A stretch of DNA of 64,000 bases from an uncultured virus (IMG/VR IMGVR_UViG_3300030109_002585) (IMGVR_UViG_3300030109_002585); one strand, 5' to 3'. Positions 50,199-59,782 are shown, counted from the stretch's first letter. The notes: a model not told the origin generated them from the sequence alone. Made by a program: numbers and translations.

Positions 50199-50501
50199 TC
50201 ATATTCCCCCTGCTACCGTGAACAGTTGTGCTATATTTTTGTGGGCTATAAACCCTTCAATGGTACTCAGGTAATCTTGAGTATTATTGATGTACTTGCT
50301 GTGGTTGACCATGAGACTAGCCACTGTTTGTGCTAGTTTCTGATTACTCAAACCTGATAGTAATTTAGACAACTCAAATGCTAGATGTTCTCTATAATTA
50401 TCATCCATCATACATGAGATACATTCCTTCTTAATCATACAATCGTGTTGATGGTCAGGTTCAATTACATATCCTTTACCTTTACATTCTAGACATTCCA
50501 T
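50199..50501 (-). CDS. Zn-finger hypothetical protein
   Basis: CLECKGKG...CISC. Confidence 0.5.
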   Translation of the reverse strand: MECLECKGKGYVIEPDHQHDCMIKKECISCMMDDNYREHLAFELSKLLSGLSNQKLAQTVASLMVNHSKYINNTQDYLSTIEGFIAHKNIAQLFTVAGGI

Positions 50502-50752
50502 CAGAAATCCGCCTCCGTATTAAATCCATCAAAGATAGTCTTGTGAGTCCAATACTGATAGGCTAACATAGCATTTAGCATCATATTGTAATTGACTTGG
50601 CTAGGGTTATCCAAATAACTAGCATTGGCTTTACCTAATGCTCTAGTTGACGCTATTCTCTTTTCTCGCCTATACCATCCATTCACAGGTACATGTACTG
50701 TACCGTATTCTTGTTCTAACAAGTCCGTTATTGTTTGTTCTATATTATTCAT
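50501..50752 (-). CDS. Hypothetical protein
   Basis: 83-aa ORF. Confidence 0.5.
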   Translation of the reverse strand: MNNIEQTITDLLEQEYGTVHVPVNGWYRREKRIASTRALGKANASYLDNPSQVNYNMMLNAMLAYQYWTHKTIFDGFNTEADF

Positions 50753-50756
50753 ATTA

Positions 50757-51017
50757 TTATTCCTCCTTTTTTACTAGTGGTGGAATCCACCGTGAGTTGT
50801 AAAGAGCGTTATATTCCTCCAAACATGACCCACATAATCTAAACTCTATTACTTCTTCATTGAAGGTAGTAGTCATATCATATGTTGCTCTAAGGCCACA
50901 TCTTGTGCATTTTGGAACCGGAATAACCGGAACCCTTTTTATGTGTTTAAATTTATTTTTAATCCAATTAATCATATTTATCACCATAAAGTGCGGGAAA
51001 AAGGAAGGATTCAACAA
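50757..51017 (-). CDS. Small Zn-finger protein
   Basis: CTRC...LCGSC; likely start MINWIK. Confidence 0.45.
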   Translation of the reverse strand: MLNPSFFPHFMVINMINWIKNKFKHIKRVPVIPVPKCTRCGLRATYDMTTTFNEEVIEFRLCGSCLEEYNALYNSRWIPPLVKKEE

Positions 51018-51509
51018 AACCCCTGTTACAATTGTATCACCAACTTCTCCTTTTATTACTTCTCAAAACCCTAATTAGGCAAAAGACTTTTCTTTTTACA
51101 ACTGGACGCAGGGAAATTCTATAAACCCCGTATCATCGCTCAAAGACAGAGTATCGCTACAATAGTCTTTTTTACTTAGCAAACCTATGTCTCAGTTGCC
51201 CCTTCGCAACCTTGACTATAATTTCTGATAGGCAATAATACCTACCTTTTTATTATTTACTATTAAATACAGTATATCTCTTTCTTCGACTAACATAGTA
51301 ACATCATCAAGATATTTACTCGCCCATCTTTCAAGGTTAATTTTCTGAATTGCATTCATAGTATGTCATCTCTTGTATGTTTAATTATTCTAATCTTTTT
51401 AAGACCATCCAATATACTAAGGACGCATCCTGTGATTACGCTTCCTAAAAACATTCCTATTATTAATTCCATATAATTCATCTCAATCATCAATTCCATA
51501 TTATTCACC

Positions 51510-51854
51510 TTAAAACGATTTACCGTGCATAAATTCACGGCTTTCGTTGTATTCCATCTTAGCCAAGATAGCACCTGCAATATCCAAATGCTTACCAAAG
51601 CCGTAGTCCATTATACGGATTACTGCATCTGCCAATTCTTCTTCGACAGATGAGTATTCCATAATCTTATTAGAAGTAGGGTTGTTATCCCTCAACGCTT
51701 CTAATGCTTCACTTATTTCAGCATGGATTAAAGCCATGCGCTCACCATCGTTTACTTCGCCTTTCCAAAAGCCATGATTAACAGCGTTTGTAAAAATCTT
51801 TCTTGCTTTCTTATTCCATTCCGTTTCAAAACTCAAATTTTTCACCTCTTTCAA
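51510..51854 (-). CDS. MazG-like NTP pyrophosphohydrolase
   Basis: IHAEISEALEA...EEELADAVIRIMD...KMEYN. Confidence 0.85.
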   Translation of the reverse strand: MKEVKNLSFETEWNKKARKIFTNAVNHGFWKGEVNDGERMALIHAEISEALEALRDNNPTSNKIMEYSSVEEELADAVIRIMDYGFGKHLDIAGAILAKMEYNESREFMHGKSF

Positions 51855-52074
51855 TTGCCCTTTCTTGTAACTTTGCTATGTGCTTCTTTGGTGCATGTTG
51901 CTTCGCCATTACTTGTATTAATGATTCACTAACACTAGAATGCACCGGCACTACTGTTGCACATTTGCTACATAAAGGCTTATTCGTTTTATCACATATT
52001 GTTACCGATGTCTTACTACCTTTACAAAAGGCACAAGCCGGTTTATTGCTTCCCATATTTTTCAATCCTACCAT
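51826..52074 (-). CDS. Small Zn-finger protein
   Basis: CAFC...C...LCSKC. Confidence 0.45.
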   Translation of the reverse strand: MVGLKNMGSNKPACAFCKGSKTSVTICDKTNKPLCSKCATVVPVHSSVSESLIQVMAKQHAPKKHIAKLQERAIERGEKFEF

Positions 52075-52076
52075 AT

Positions 52077-52319
52077 TTATTCCTCCATATCATTTACCGG
52101 ACAATCAACATTTAATGTTTGATGGTCTAAGTTATTGCATTCGCAAATATCTTCAGGATTATCCCCATCGACCCATGTTCCTTTTACAAGATAATAACCA
52201 CAATCATTGAGTAAGTCGGAAGCATCTCTAAGTTTCCTTTCCAATCCCAAAACATAATCCACCAATTCTGTTGCTGGCATATCCATTAATTCTTCATATT
52301 TTTCATCTGACATATTCAT
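52077..52319 (-). CDS. Hypothetical protein
   Basis: 80-aa ORF. Confidence 0.45.
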   Translation of the reverse strand: MNMSDEKYEELMDMPATELVDYVLGLERKLRDASDLLNDCGYYLVKGTWVDGDNPEDICECNNLDHQTLNVDCPVNDMEE

Positions 52320-52453
52320 TCCTCACATACACATCTGTTTTGAAATGTTCTCCACGCATCAGTAAAAGATACATTATCAAGAGCGTTATATTTAGCCGTA
52401 GCATCGCAAGTCCAACAACTCATTGTTTCCATTTGTACTAATTTTCCATTCAT

Positions 52454-52654
52454 TCAAATACACCCCATAAACATTTTAGCCCATTCGCTAAACTTACTGT
52501 AATAAACCACATCATCTGCATTTACTTCAGACAAGTCGAAAGAAGCATCAGTTAAGAATACTACGCTTTTAGTACCTTTGTCCCATGCTACTTCTTTGGT
52601 TATCTCCCATTCATCTAGTGCTTTTATCATTATACTATATTTATTCATATTCAT
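52454..52654 (-). CDS. Hypothetical protein
   Basis: 66-aa ORF with RBS. Confidence 0.45.
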   Translation of the reverse strand: MNMNKYSIMIKALDEWEITKEVAWDKGTKSVVFLTDASFDLSEVNADDVVYYSKFSEWAKMFMGCI

Positions 52655-52950
52655 GCCTCCGTTAATTCTAATACTTCTTTAGCATACAAAGTAATTAACT
52701 TTAAATTATTAAGCCAACTTTCGGATAAAGTTTCTTCTGCTAAATGGTCTTTGCAGAATATAGATAATAGATTATTTGCTTTTTCAAATTTTTTGTTATT
52801 CATTCTTCTTCACCTACAAATGCCGCTAAAAACCCCGCACCAAATTGGTCTGCTATATTATCAAGCATAGTCAATTGTTCATCTAACAATACTGCTAATG
52901 TTTTCTTATCGTAGTCCTTCATCAATTGTTTTATTCTTTTATTCATATTT

Positions 52951-54384
52951 TCAACTCCTTGGTTTTGGTCCGCAATAGAATAGATTCTTCTTTGCTCTAG
53001 TAATTGCTACATAGCAAATGTTCCTCTCTTCTTTAGGATTGGTTGCTCTCGGATGAGGCATTCTTTCAGTAGCAAGGATATACACATTATCAGCCTCAAG
53101 ACCCTTAGCCTTGTGAACAGTTGATAGCATGATTTCACCCTTGTCATTGTTATCGAATACCCTCTTAATTTCATTGACTATTCCACCAACAGTGGTAGCC
53201 ATTGTTGCAAAAATCTTCAAACACTCAAACTTGTCTTCAAGGTTGTTTGCTTGATTAACCTTATCAGCCGCAATCAACTTATCATAAGTAAACTTGAAGT
53301 CCTGTGCTAGTAATTCTGAAAACTCTTCAGCACCCATACTATCATTCTTAGTAATCTTTCTAACACCATTGATTAGTCCTTTAGTCATATCTCGACCAAG
53401 AACATATGCTGACTTACCCTGAAGGATTAAGTCATAGAATGCTGAAACTAAAGGAGCATTATATCGACATAGAACCATGTCACCCTCTTGAGGATTAAAT
53501 GGTGCATTTTCGACAACTCTTCCGTCTTCAGCATCAGAACGGCAACTAAAGTTTGTTACATATCTATTTGCTTCAGAAACGACTGTTTTAGGACATCTAA
53601 ATGTTTGACTTAAAGTAAAACGCTTGATTTCTCTATCGCCACCATTAAGTCTTGCAACAAACATGTCCATTGAATTTGAATCTGCTCCACGGAATCCGTA
53701 AATTGCCTGATTAGGGTCGCCTACAATAATACACCTGCCGTTTACAACACATCTTTGAATCAACTCTCTTTGCATTTCATTGAAGTCTTGTGCTTCATCG
53801 ACAAAAAGAGTATCGAAGGTAGGTAATGGCATGTTTAGCATCAAAGGTAGCCAAATCATATCATCAAAATCAATCAAGTTAGTATTTTGCATACATTGAT
53901 TAAGAATAGCCGGAATAGCATCTAAAGCGATTACTTCTTCTCTATCCGAACTAAATTCAATTTGGTATTCATCAATCAATTGATTAATAGCCTTACTATC
54001 ATTCCAACCTGTCATTGAACCTTTAATTAGGCTAATTAATTTAACTAATGGCTGTGCGTAAAAGTCACGACCTAGAATATCATCAATAATATTCTTTACC
54101 TTGAAGTTATTTACTTTGGTTTTGATACCTGCGGCTCTTAATGCGGCAAATCCTAAAGCATGGAAAGTTTTTGCTTCAACATCATTAGGAAGTCTTTCTC
54201 CTAATTCAGTTGCTATTGACTTATTAAATGCCAAAAACGCTTTCTTGTTTCCACTATCTCTATTCGCTCCTTCAACAATAGTGAAAGTTTTACCAACACC
54301 GGCTCCCGCATCAACTATGATGTGTGAGTTACCGTATTCTATTTCTTCCCATATTGCCTTTTGTTCTATTGTTCCATTTATCAT
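52951..54384 (-). CDS. UvrD/Rep-family SF1 helicase
   Basis: AGAGVGKT, VDEAQD, GDPNQAIYGFRGA, TVHKAKGLE and YVAITRA motifs. Confidence 0.93.
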   Translation of the reverse strand: MINGTIEQKAIWEEIEYGNSHIIVDAGAGVGKTFTIVEGANRDSGNKKAFLAFNKSIATELGERLPNDVEAKTFHALGFAALRAAGIKTKVNNFKVKNIIDDILGRDFYAQPLVKLISLIKGSMTGWNDSKAINQLIDEYQIEFSSDREEVIALDAIPAILNQCMQNTNLIDFDDMIWLPLMLNMPLPTFDTLFVDEAQDFNEMQRELIQRCVVNGRCIIVGDPNQAIYGFRGADSNSMDMFVARLNGGDREIKRFTLSQTFRCPKTVVSEANRYVTNFSCRSDAEDGRVVENAPFNPQEGDMVLCRYNAPLVSAFYDLILQGKSAYVLGRDMTKGLINGVRKITKNDSMGAEEFSELLAQDFKFTYDKLIAADKVNQANNLEDKFECLKIFATMATTVGGIVNEIKRVFDNNDKGEIMLSTVHKAKGLEADNVYILATERMPHPRATNPKEERNICYVAITRAKKNLFYCGPKPRS

Positions 54385-54732
54385 TTATATTCCTCCATTT
54401 TAATTTGTGAGTAGGAGAGGGAAGGAGCAACGATACCAATAAAGACGGTATCAATACTTCTAATAGCCACTGTCGCTCAACTTCCCTCATTAATAACTAA
54501 TGCTTCATATTTAATCAATAATTACCCAATTATCGACATTACACCAATCATCAGTAGTAGGGGTCGCCGACCCTTTTATACCGCCGCCACTTCGGGCGAA
54601 GGTCGCATTTCAAGAAAACAATGTCCCACCAAAGGGCATTGTAAGAATAAAAAAGAGCCTCCACCACCGGCGAACCGATGATGAAGGCAAAAACCCGTTA
54701 GGGTGAAACTAATTACTTACTGAAAGGCTACT

Positions 54733-55215
54733 TCACTCTTCAGAAGAATCTTCACTAGACAATAGCGACTCAACGCTTCCATCCCATGTCTTTAGTTTAT
54801 ACATCTTAGAAAGACTGTTTCGTACTTTCTTAGATTGTGCTACTGCATAATGTTCAGCAGAGTCAAAGGTTCCGCCACCTGATTTAGCATGTTTTAGTGT
54901 TACTGCACTAATAATGCCATCGTGGTTATAGTACACTAAAGATGCTTCTTCAACAACACCGCAAATACGGTCAATTGCTACTCTTACACTTGCTGGTACT
55001 GCACTTCTTTGTCCTCTTCGACCCAAAGGTGAACCATCACGGCCCTTCAAAAGAGCCTTTAGCGCATTAGCCGCCGCTTCTCTTTCATTTGGGTTTTCTT
55101 GACCAACTTGAAGGTGCAACTCAACAACTTGCTTGAGTGCGCCATCTAGTGTTTGGTCTGCTTCTAGGTATTCATTAATCTCTATAACGAGACTGTCCCA
55201 TTTTACTTCATCCAT
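54733..55215 (-). CDS. Hypothetical protein, paralog family A
   Basis: Similar to 58946..59482 and 55981..56568 (G.R..VPA, HxKxGG, WDG). Confidence 0.65.
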   Translation of the reverse strand: MDEVKWDSLVIEINEYLEADQTLDGALKQVVELHLQVGQENPNEREAAANALKALLKGRDGSPLGRRGQRSAVPASVRVAIDRICGVVEEASLVYYNHDGIISAVTLKHAKSGGGTFDSAEHYAVAQSKKVRNSLSKMYKLKTWDGSVESLLSSEDSSEE

Positions 55216-55329
55216 ATTATCATATCTCTGCCCAGTTTGTCGGGCAAACTATCCATAGGTTAGCCATATATAAGGAGAGGGAAAGCAATTATTAGCCATT
55301 AAAATCCATTTTAAAATACGCTTAACTTT

Positions 55330-55700
55330 TTATTAACCGGATTATTTTCGGAGAAATGTTGATTATTTTCGGATTAAATATTATTCCACCGGAAAAAAGA
55401 GCGGAAAAATAATACATTGAGAAACTTCAGGGTAATGTTACACTACCCTTTAGTTTCTAATGGTCTAGACATTATTCCATTATTCCACTCCACAAAGGGG
55501 GGTCACTAACCAAGAGAGATAGATTAGCCCTTAGAAACTCAAGGGTAATGTAATACACTACCTAAGAGAAATGAGAGGGGGTGGTGAAGTAGTGTATGTA
55601 TGTAATGGAATAATGGAATAATGGAATGTAATTAATATCTTAGGGGTAGTGTTACACTACCCTCTAGTTTCTTCGATTCTTTTTCCAAACCACTGTGGAA
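55330..55700. repeat. Cluster of palindromes and iterated repeats (candidate origin, terminus or injection-stop signal)
   Basis: gggta(a/g)tgttacactaccc palindromes at about 55430 and 55644, an inverted copy at 55531-55553, and attattcc/ggaataat iterations. Confidence 0.65.
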
Positions 55701-55921
55701 ACTTCGGTGGAAACATCTTTTCCATTGTATATTATATTGTATATCATATTGATATTGAATACTATACCATAATTATACGGTCAATTGAAACACATAGTAA
55801 ATAATAGGGTATTAATATGGAGTGTATTTATTGATACCATTTAATCGCTCGATAACAGTATGTAGTTTGGTTGTAGTGGCTTTGATTAACGGAAACCCTA
55901 TCAAAAAAAAAAGGAAAAAAC

Positions 55922-55960
55922 CGATACTAGAGGACCAATGTAAGTCATCCTCTAGTATCG
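55922..55960. terminator. Hairpin with the conserved loop ccaatgtaagtca, copy 1
   Basis: 13-bp perfect stem flanked by A- and T-tracts. Confidence 0.7.
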
Positions 55961-55980
55961 AGTTTTTTTTCAGTAGTCAA

Positions 55981-56568
55981 TCAAGCCCTGTCATGTTCAT
56001 ACATGCCAATCATTCTAGGTGGTTGAATTGGGTGTCTGTCACCAATATATTTGATGCCCTCTTCTGTGCCATCCCAAATGCCTTCTCTAAGAGATGCAAT
56101 TAGCCTTCTCCTGAGTTTGGCGCAATGTCTGTCCAACCATCTATCAAAAAGAACAACTTCATGATTATCTTGGGTGTCAAAATCGTTCAATACTCGGCGA
56201 TTGACAATAAAAGGACAAAAGCCGACCAAAGGTAGCCATTGTCTCTCCCAATCTTCCATACTGAATCTAAACTGGTCAACTAATTTCTCAATGGTTGCTT
56301 CAATTTGGGCAGGGACAAGGTATCTCTGCCCGCCGGTCAAATACGCCGCTCCATTAATTCTAAGAATGTCCTTTAATGCGCTCCACTGTTTTTCAGCATG
56401 ATAGTCAATATAATTGTTAAAATCATCCTTTCTGTTTTGCAACCAATCAAACATAATACAAATTACTTGCATTACATCTTCTGGTACTTCAGGTTCTCTG
56501 CCCATCCATTCTCCTATTGCTTCTAATCTTCTTTCTAGGTTTTTTACCTTAACTCCGATACTATTCAC
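55981..56568 (-). CDS. Hypothetical protein, divergent paralog family A
   Basis: GTG start at 56568 preferred, downstream of the repeat/TATA; GGQRYLVPAQI...LREGIWDGT. Confidence 0.55.
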   Translation of the reverse strand: MNSIGVKVKNLERRLEAIGEWMGREPEVPEDVMQVICIMFDWLQNRKDDFNNYIDYHAEKQWSALKDILRINGAAYLTGGQRYLVPAQIEATIEKLVDQFRFSMEDWERQWLPLVGFCPFIVNRRVLNDFDTQDNHEVVLFDRWLDRHCAKLRRRLIASLREGIWDGTEEGIKYIGDRHPIQPPRMIGMYEHDRA

Positions 56569-56744
56569 CAATAATGACTTATTCCTTGGTTTATGTAGGG
56601 TACTCCAAAGTTCATACCATATGGTTGTAGTGTCCTTTGAATAACGGAATGCCCCATAAAAAAAGCGAGAAGCCGAAAATAGAAGGTAAAACAAAAAAAC
56701 CTTCTATTTTCGACCCCTCTAGAGGTGTTATGAGTATTTCCTCT

Positions 56745-57335
56745 TCAATAGTAGTGGGCTACCATATTGCGTAGGTTGAATGTCTTAATCATAATAGTTA
56801 AGACTTCCAGAGGGTCGAACCAATCTTCAACCTCTTTAACATCATTGTAGTTGTTACTGTATTGGTTGCAACCACATAATACCGTAATACTACCTACTTC
56901 ATCACCAAATTCATAGAATCTGATACTAAACATCATTTGGTCACCATTTCCAAGGCCATCCCACTCTCGTCTAGTGTGGTATGAAGTAATTGTTGCTTGA
57001 TATTGTTGAGATGTTGGTTTTCGTACTCCGTATTTAGTAACATAGCCATAAGAATCCCTTCTAATATCAACTAATAGGTGTGGGTGAATATAATCTAGCA
57101 AAGTGTGAATATCACTGCCAAAAGATGAATTCAAGTCCAACATACCTTCTCCTGTGTCGCATTCCCAGTCTTTACCATTGGAATCTTTAGTAAACTCATG
57201 TAGTCCAAATTCTGAACCTGTGGAGTATTCTTCCTGCAATTTTTCGATTTTATCTAGTAATTCTTGTTCTTGACCTCTAAAAACTGTTTTTACTTCTTTT
57301 AAGCCGTTTTTCTCTATTATTATTCCATTAACCAT
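56745..57335 (-). CDS. Hypothetical protein
   Basis: 196-aa ORF between repeat copies. Confidence 0.6.
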   Translation of the reverse strand: MVNGIIIEKNGLKEVKTVFRGQEQELLDKIEKLQEEYSTGSEFGLHEFTKDSNGKDWECDTGEGMLDLNSSFGSDIHTLLDYIHPHLLVDIRRDSYGYVTKYGVRKPTSQQYQATITSYHTRREWDGLGNGDQMMFSIRFYEFGDEVGSITVLCGCNQYSNNYNDVKEVEDWFDPLEVLTIMIKTFNLRNMVAHYY

Positions 57336-57510
57336 TGTTAATCCCTCTTATATTGTAAATTATAGGTGCTTTATCTAGGGTATGTCAAAGTAGCATACCA
57401 TATGGTTGCATCTTTGAATGTAACCCTAGTTTTTAAAAAAAAGAGAAAAATGCCGGTCTTTCCCGACTGTCACCTCTAGTCTAAGGGGCGAGGTTTACCC
57501 CATGTTTGCG

Positions 57511-57759
57511 TCATGATTCAGCAGTGTCCTGTTCTGCTGGGAGTGTTTCGTCTTCATCATCGCAAGCGTCTTTTAATTCTTTCCAATTGATGCAATTAAA
57601 ATCCATCATGTCAGTATAGAAACCAGTATAGCCAATGTCTTTAATTCCATGTAAAAAGACCGTTTCTATCGTTTCTTCGATATATTCAACATCGCTCACA
57701 GTTACGGGGTCAAACCAAAGGCTCACAAGCCAAGTTGCTCTATTTGTCCAGCCATTCAT
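57511..57759 (-). CDS. Hypothetical phage protein (NGWTNRATW type)
   Basis: 82-aa acidic ORF between repeat copies. Confidence 0.6.
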   Translation of the reverse strand: MNGWTNRATWLVSLWFDPVTVSDVEYIEETIETVFLHGIKDIGYTGFYTDMMDFNCINWKELKDACDDEDETLPAEQDTAES

Positions 57760-57874
57760 ATTATCACTTAATAATATTATAAAATTATGAATATATAGGG
57801 TACTCCAAAGAGCGTACCATATGGTAGTAGTCTTCTTTGTCTTTTGACTACTACCACATAAAAAAATAAAAAAA

Positions 57875-58335
57875 AGAGAAACGCCGCCTACTCCAACACT
57901 CGAATCACCGCTTCATCAGTTTCCCGCCAATTCGCCATGGCTCCTTGGACTCTGTTTACTTTTTGAAGACTTACAACGCATGTTTCGGCTTTGTCTCTCT
58001 ATGGTTTATTCCGGCTTACGCCATAGGAATGTAAAAGGTGTTGGACGGGCTATCTTTTGGATTCCCGCATTGTGAGTGGATTATCTTGTACCACTAAGTT
58101 TGAAAGTGCGCTATGGCATTTCATATATGAGGTCACAAACTACACAATCTATTCATTGACAGTCAATCAATGCCCTTTTGGGGAACATAGGTCAAGAGCC
58201 ACTATTCTAACTCATTTGAGCATCGAATAATGGTTAAACTCGCCACCACAGCGATTAGTGTATGCCTTACTCCCTTCCAAGAGCATTCGGCCACCAACTT
58301 ATCCCAAGAACCCGCTAAAGTCGCTTGAGACAATA
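57875..58335 (-). ncRNA. Candidate structured non-coding RNA (about 460 nt)
   Basis: No ORF of 60 aa or more; higher GC; several hairpins; TATA upstream and T-tract downstream on the minus strand. Confidence 0.45.
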
Positions 58336-58440
58336 ATAAGCACATAATACCCCTATATAGGGTCTTTCAAAGTTAATACCATATGGTTTGGTAGGTCACT
58401 TTGATGATGACCGGTACGAACCATAAAAAAAAAGAAAATA

Positions 58441-58477
58441 AATGATGCAGGGCCAATGTAAGTCACCCTGCATCATT
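58441..58477. terminator. Hairpin with the conserved loop ccaatgtaagtca, copy 2
   Basis: 12-bp perfect stem with a different sequence from copy 1. Confidence 0.7.
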
Positions 58478-58497
58478 TTTATGCCTAAATCTGAGAA

Positions 58498-58821
58498 TCA
58501 CTCAGAAACATGAATTGATTCAATAGTCAATCCGTGTTCTTTGACTTCATCTCTAAGCATGTGTACTGTTGCAACACCATTACCACGGATAGCACCTTTC
58601 ACAGTGGTCGCCGTTGTGATGTTTTGACAAGCAATCTCGATTATCTTATCTAACATGCGTTGCTGTGCTTTTTTCAGAGAAGTATATACTCCAATCTGCC
58701 TTGTCTGTTCCTTTCCTCTCCTATCAGTAAAGTTTCTGATTAGTCTGAAAACTCGGTTATTCTCTATCCTCACTTTTTCACCTATTAATGTGAATAATAC
58801 AGTATTAAATAGGGTACTCAA
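58498..58821 (-). CDS. Hypothetical protein (true start probably near 58780)
   Basis: ORF between repeat copies. Confidence 0.5.
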   Translation of the reverse strand: MSTLFNTVLFTLIGEKVRIENNRVFRLIRNFTDRRGKEQTRQIGVYTSLKKAQQRMLDKIIEIACQNITTATTVKGAIRGNGVATVHMLRDEVKEHGLTIESIHVSE

Positions 58822-58945
58822 AGTTCATACCATATGGTTGTAACTTTGTGCATTACGAAGTAACTTGACCCTATATAGGGGTATGTACCCCTAATAATTG
58901 CTTCAAAGGGATTGAAGTGGTATTAGGGGTTACTTAATACAGGAG

Positions 58946-59482
58946 ATGAAAAAAATGGACATGGAAAAATGGACTCAACGAAGCACAGATATTAGAGAAT
59001 GGCTCAAGCACAATGATGCTGGGGCTATGGCTACACTAATCGAACAAACCCTAGATGCGGGCGACAATTCTGACAACATGGAAGAATTAGACCGTTTTTG
59101 GGAGGCAGTAAGAGCAATATGCAAAACCTTACCAAACACACCTATCAAGCAGGGCCGTGGCTCAACACTAGCACCGGCAATTCAGGCGTGTGTGGATGGT
59201 GTAGTGAATCGCATACAAACTGCCTTTGCAGTAATTGGTGACTCTGACCTAATTTTGGAAGTTATGCTTCCACACGGAAAGACAGGCGGCGCATATGCCG
59301 ATATTGACGCTTTTGCAAACGATATGGCTACAAAAGCACAAAGGGTACTAAAGGCGGCATTGAAAGATGGCCGTTGGAATGGTACAATGACTGAAGATGG
59401 ACTAACCGGACTTACCCCGCCGGTCAAGCAAACTTCAGACAATGAAGAAAGTGACGAGGACTCAACGGAGGAATCGCACTGA
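58946..59482 (+). CDS. Hypothetical protein, paralog family A (opposite orientation)
   Basis: GGAG RBS; clear similarity to 54733..55215. Confidence 0.7.
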   Translation: MKKMDMEKWTQRSTDIREWLKHNDAGAMATLIEQTLDAGDNSDNMEELDRFWEAVRAICKTLPNTPIKQGRGSTLAPAIQACVDGVVNRIQTAFAVIGDSDLILEVMLPHGKTGGAYADIDAFANDMATKAQRVLKAALKDGRWNGTMTEDGLTGLTPPVKQTSDNEESDEDSTEESH

Positions 59483-59741
59483 TACTCACTTCAATCCCTT
59501 TGTAGCCACAATCAAACTCCAACGGCGATTTGCACGGATTGAAAAGTCAAGACAGTCGGACCGGCTCACTTGCGTGAAATGCAAATTAGGAGCAGGGTGG
59601 ATTGATGGAAAATACCTAACGGACCCATCAATCCACCTTGTAGCCACTTTTTTTATGAGGTTGTGTTCCCGATGGTGTTTCAAAGTACACACACAACCAT
59701 ATGGTATTGATTGCTTTGTGTCAATACCCCGTCAATAAAAA

Positions 59742-59782
59742 AAAATAATAGAGAGCCGATGTAAGTCACTCTCTATTATTTT
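59742..59782. terminator. Hairpin with the conserved loop ccgatgtaagtca, copy 3
   Basis: 14-bp perfect stem with a third distinct sequence. Confidence 0.7.

Noticed and set aside
56569..56694. N-terminal extension of ORF 55981..56694
   Set aside because: It runs through the dyad, TATA and terminator hairpin; the GTG at 56568 is the more plausible start
57895..57995. Hammerhead ribozyme suggested by CUGAUGA and GAAAC on the minus strand
   Set aside because: Stems I-III could not be built convincingly around the core by eye
59442..59738. ORFs 59442..59738 (+) and 59486..59692 (-)
   Set aside because: They overlap the inverted repeat, terminator hairpin and dyad copy 6, so are probably spurious
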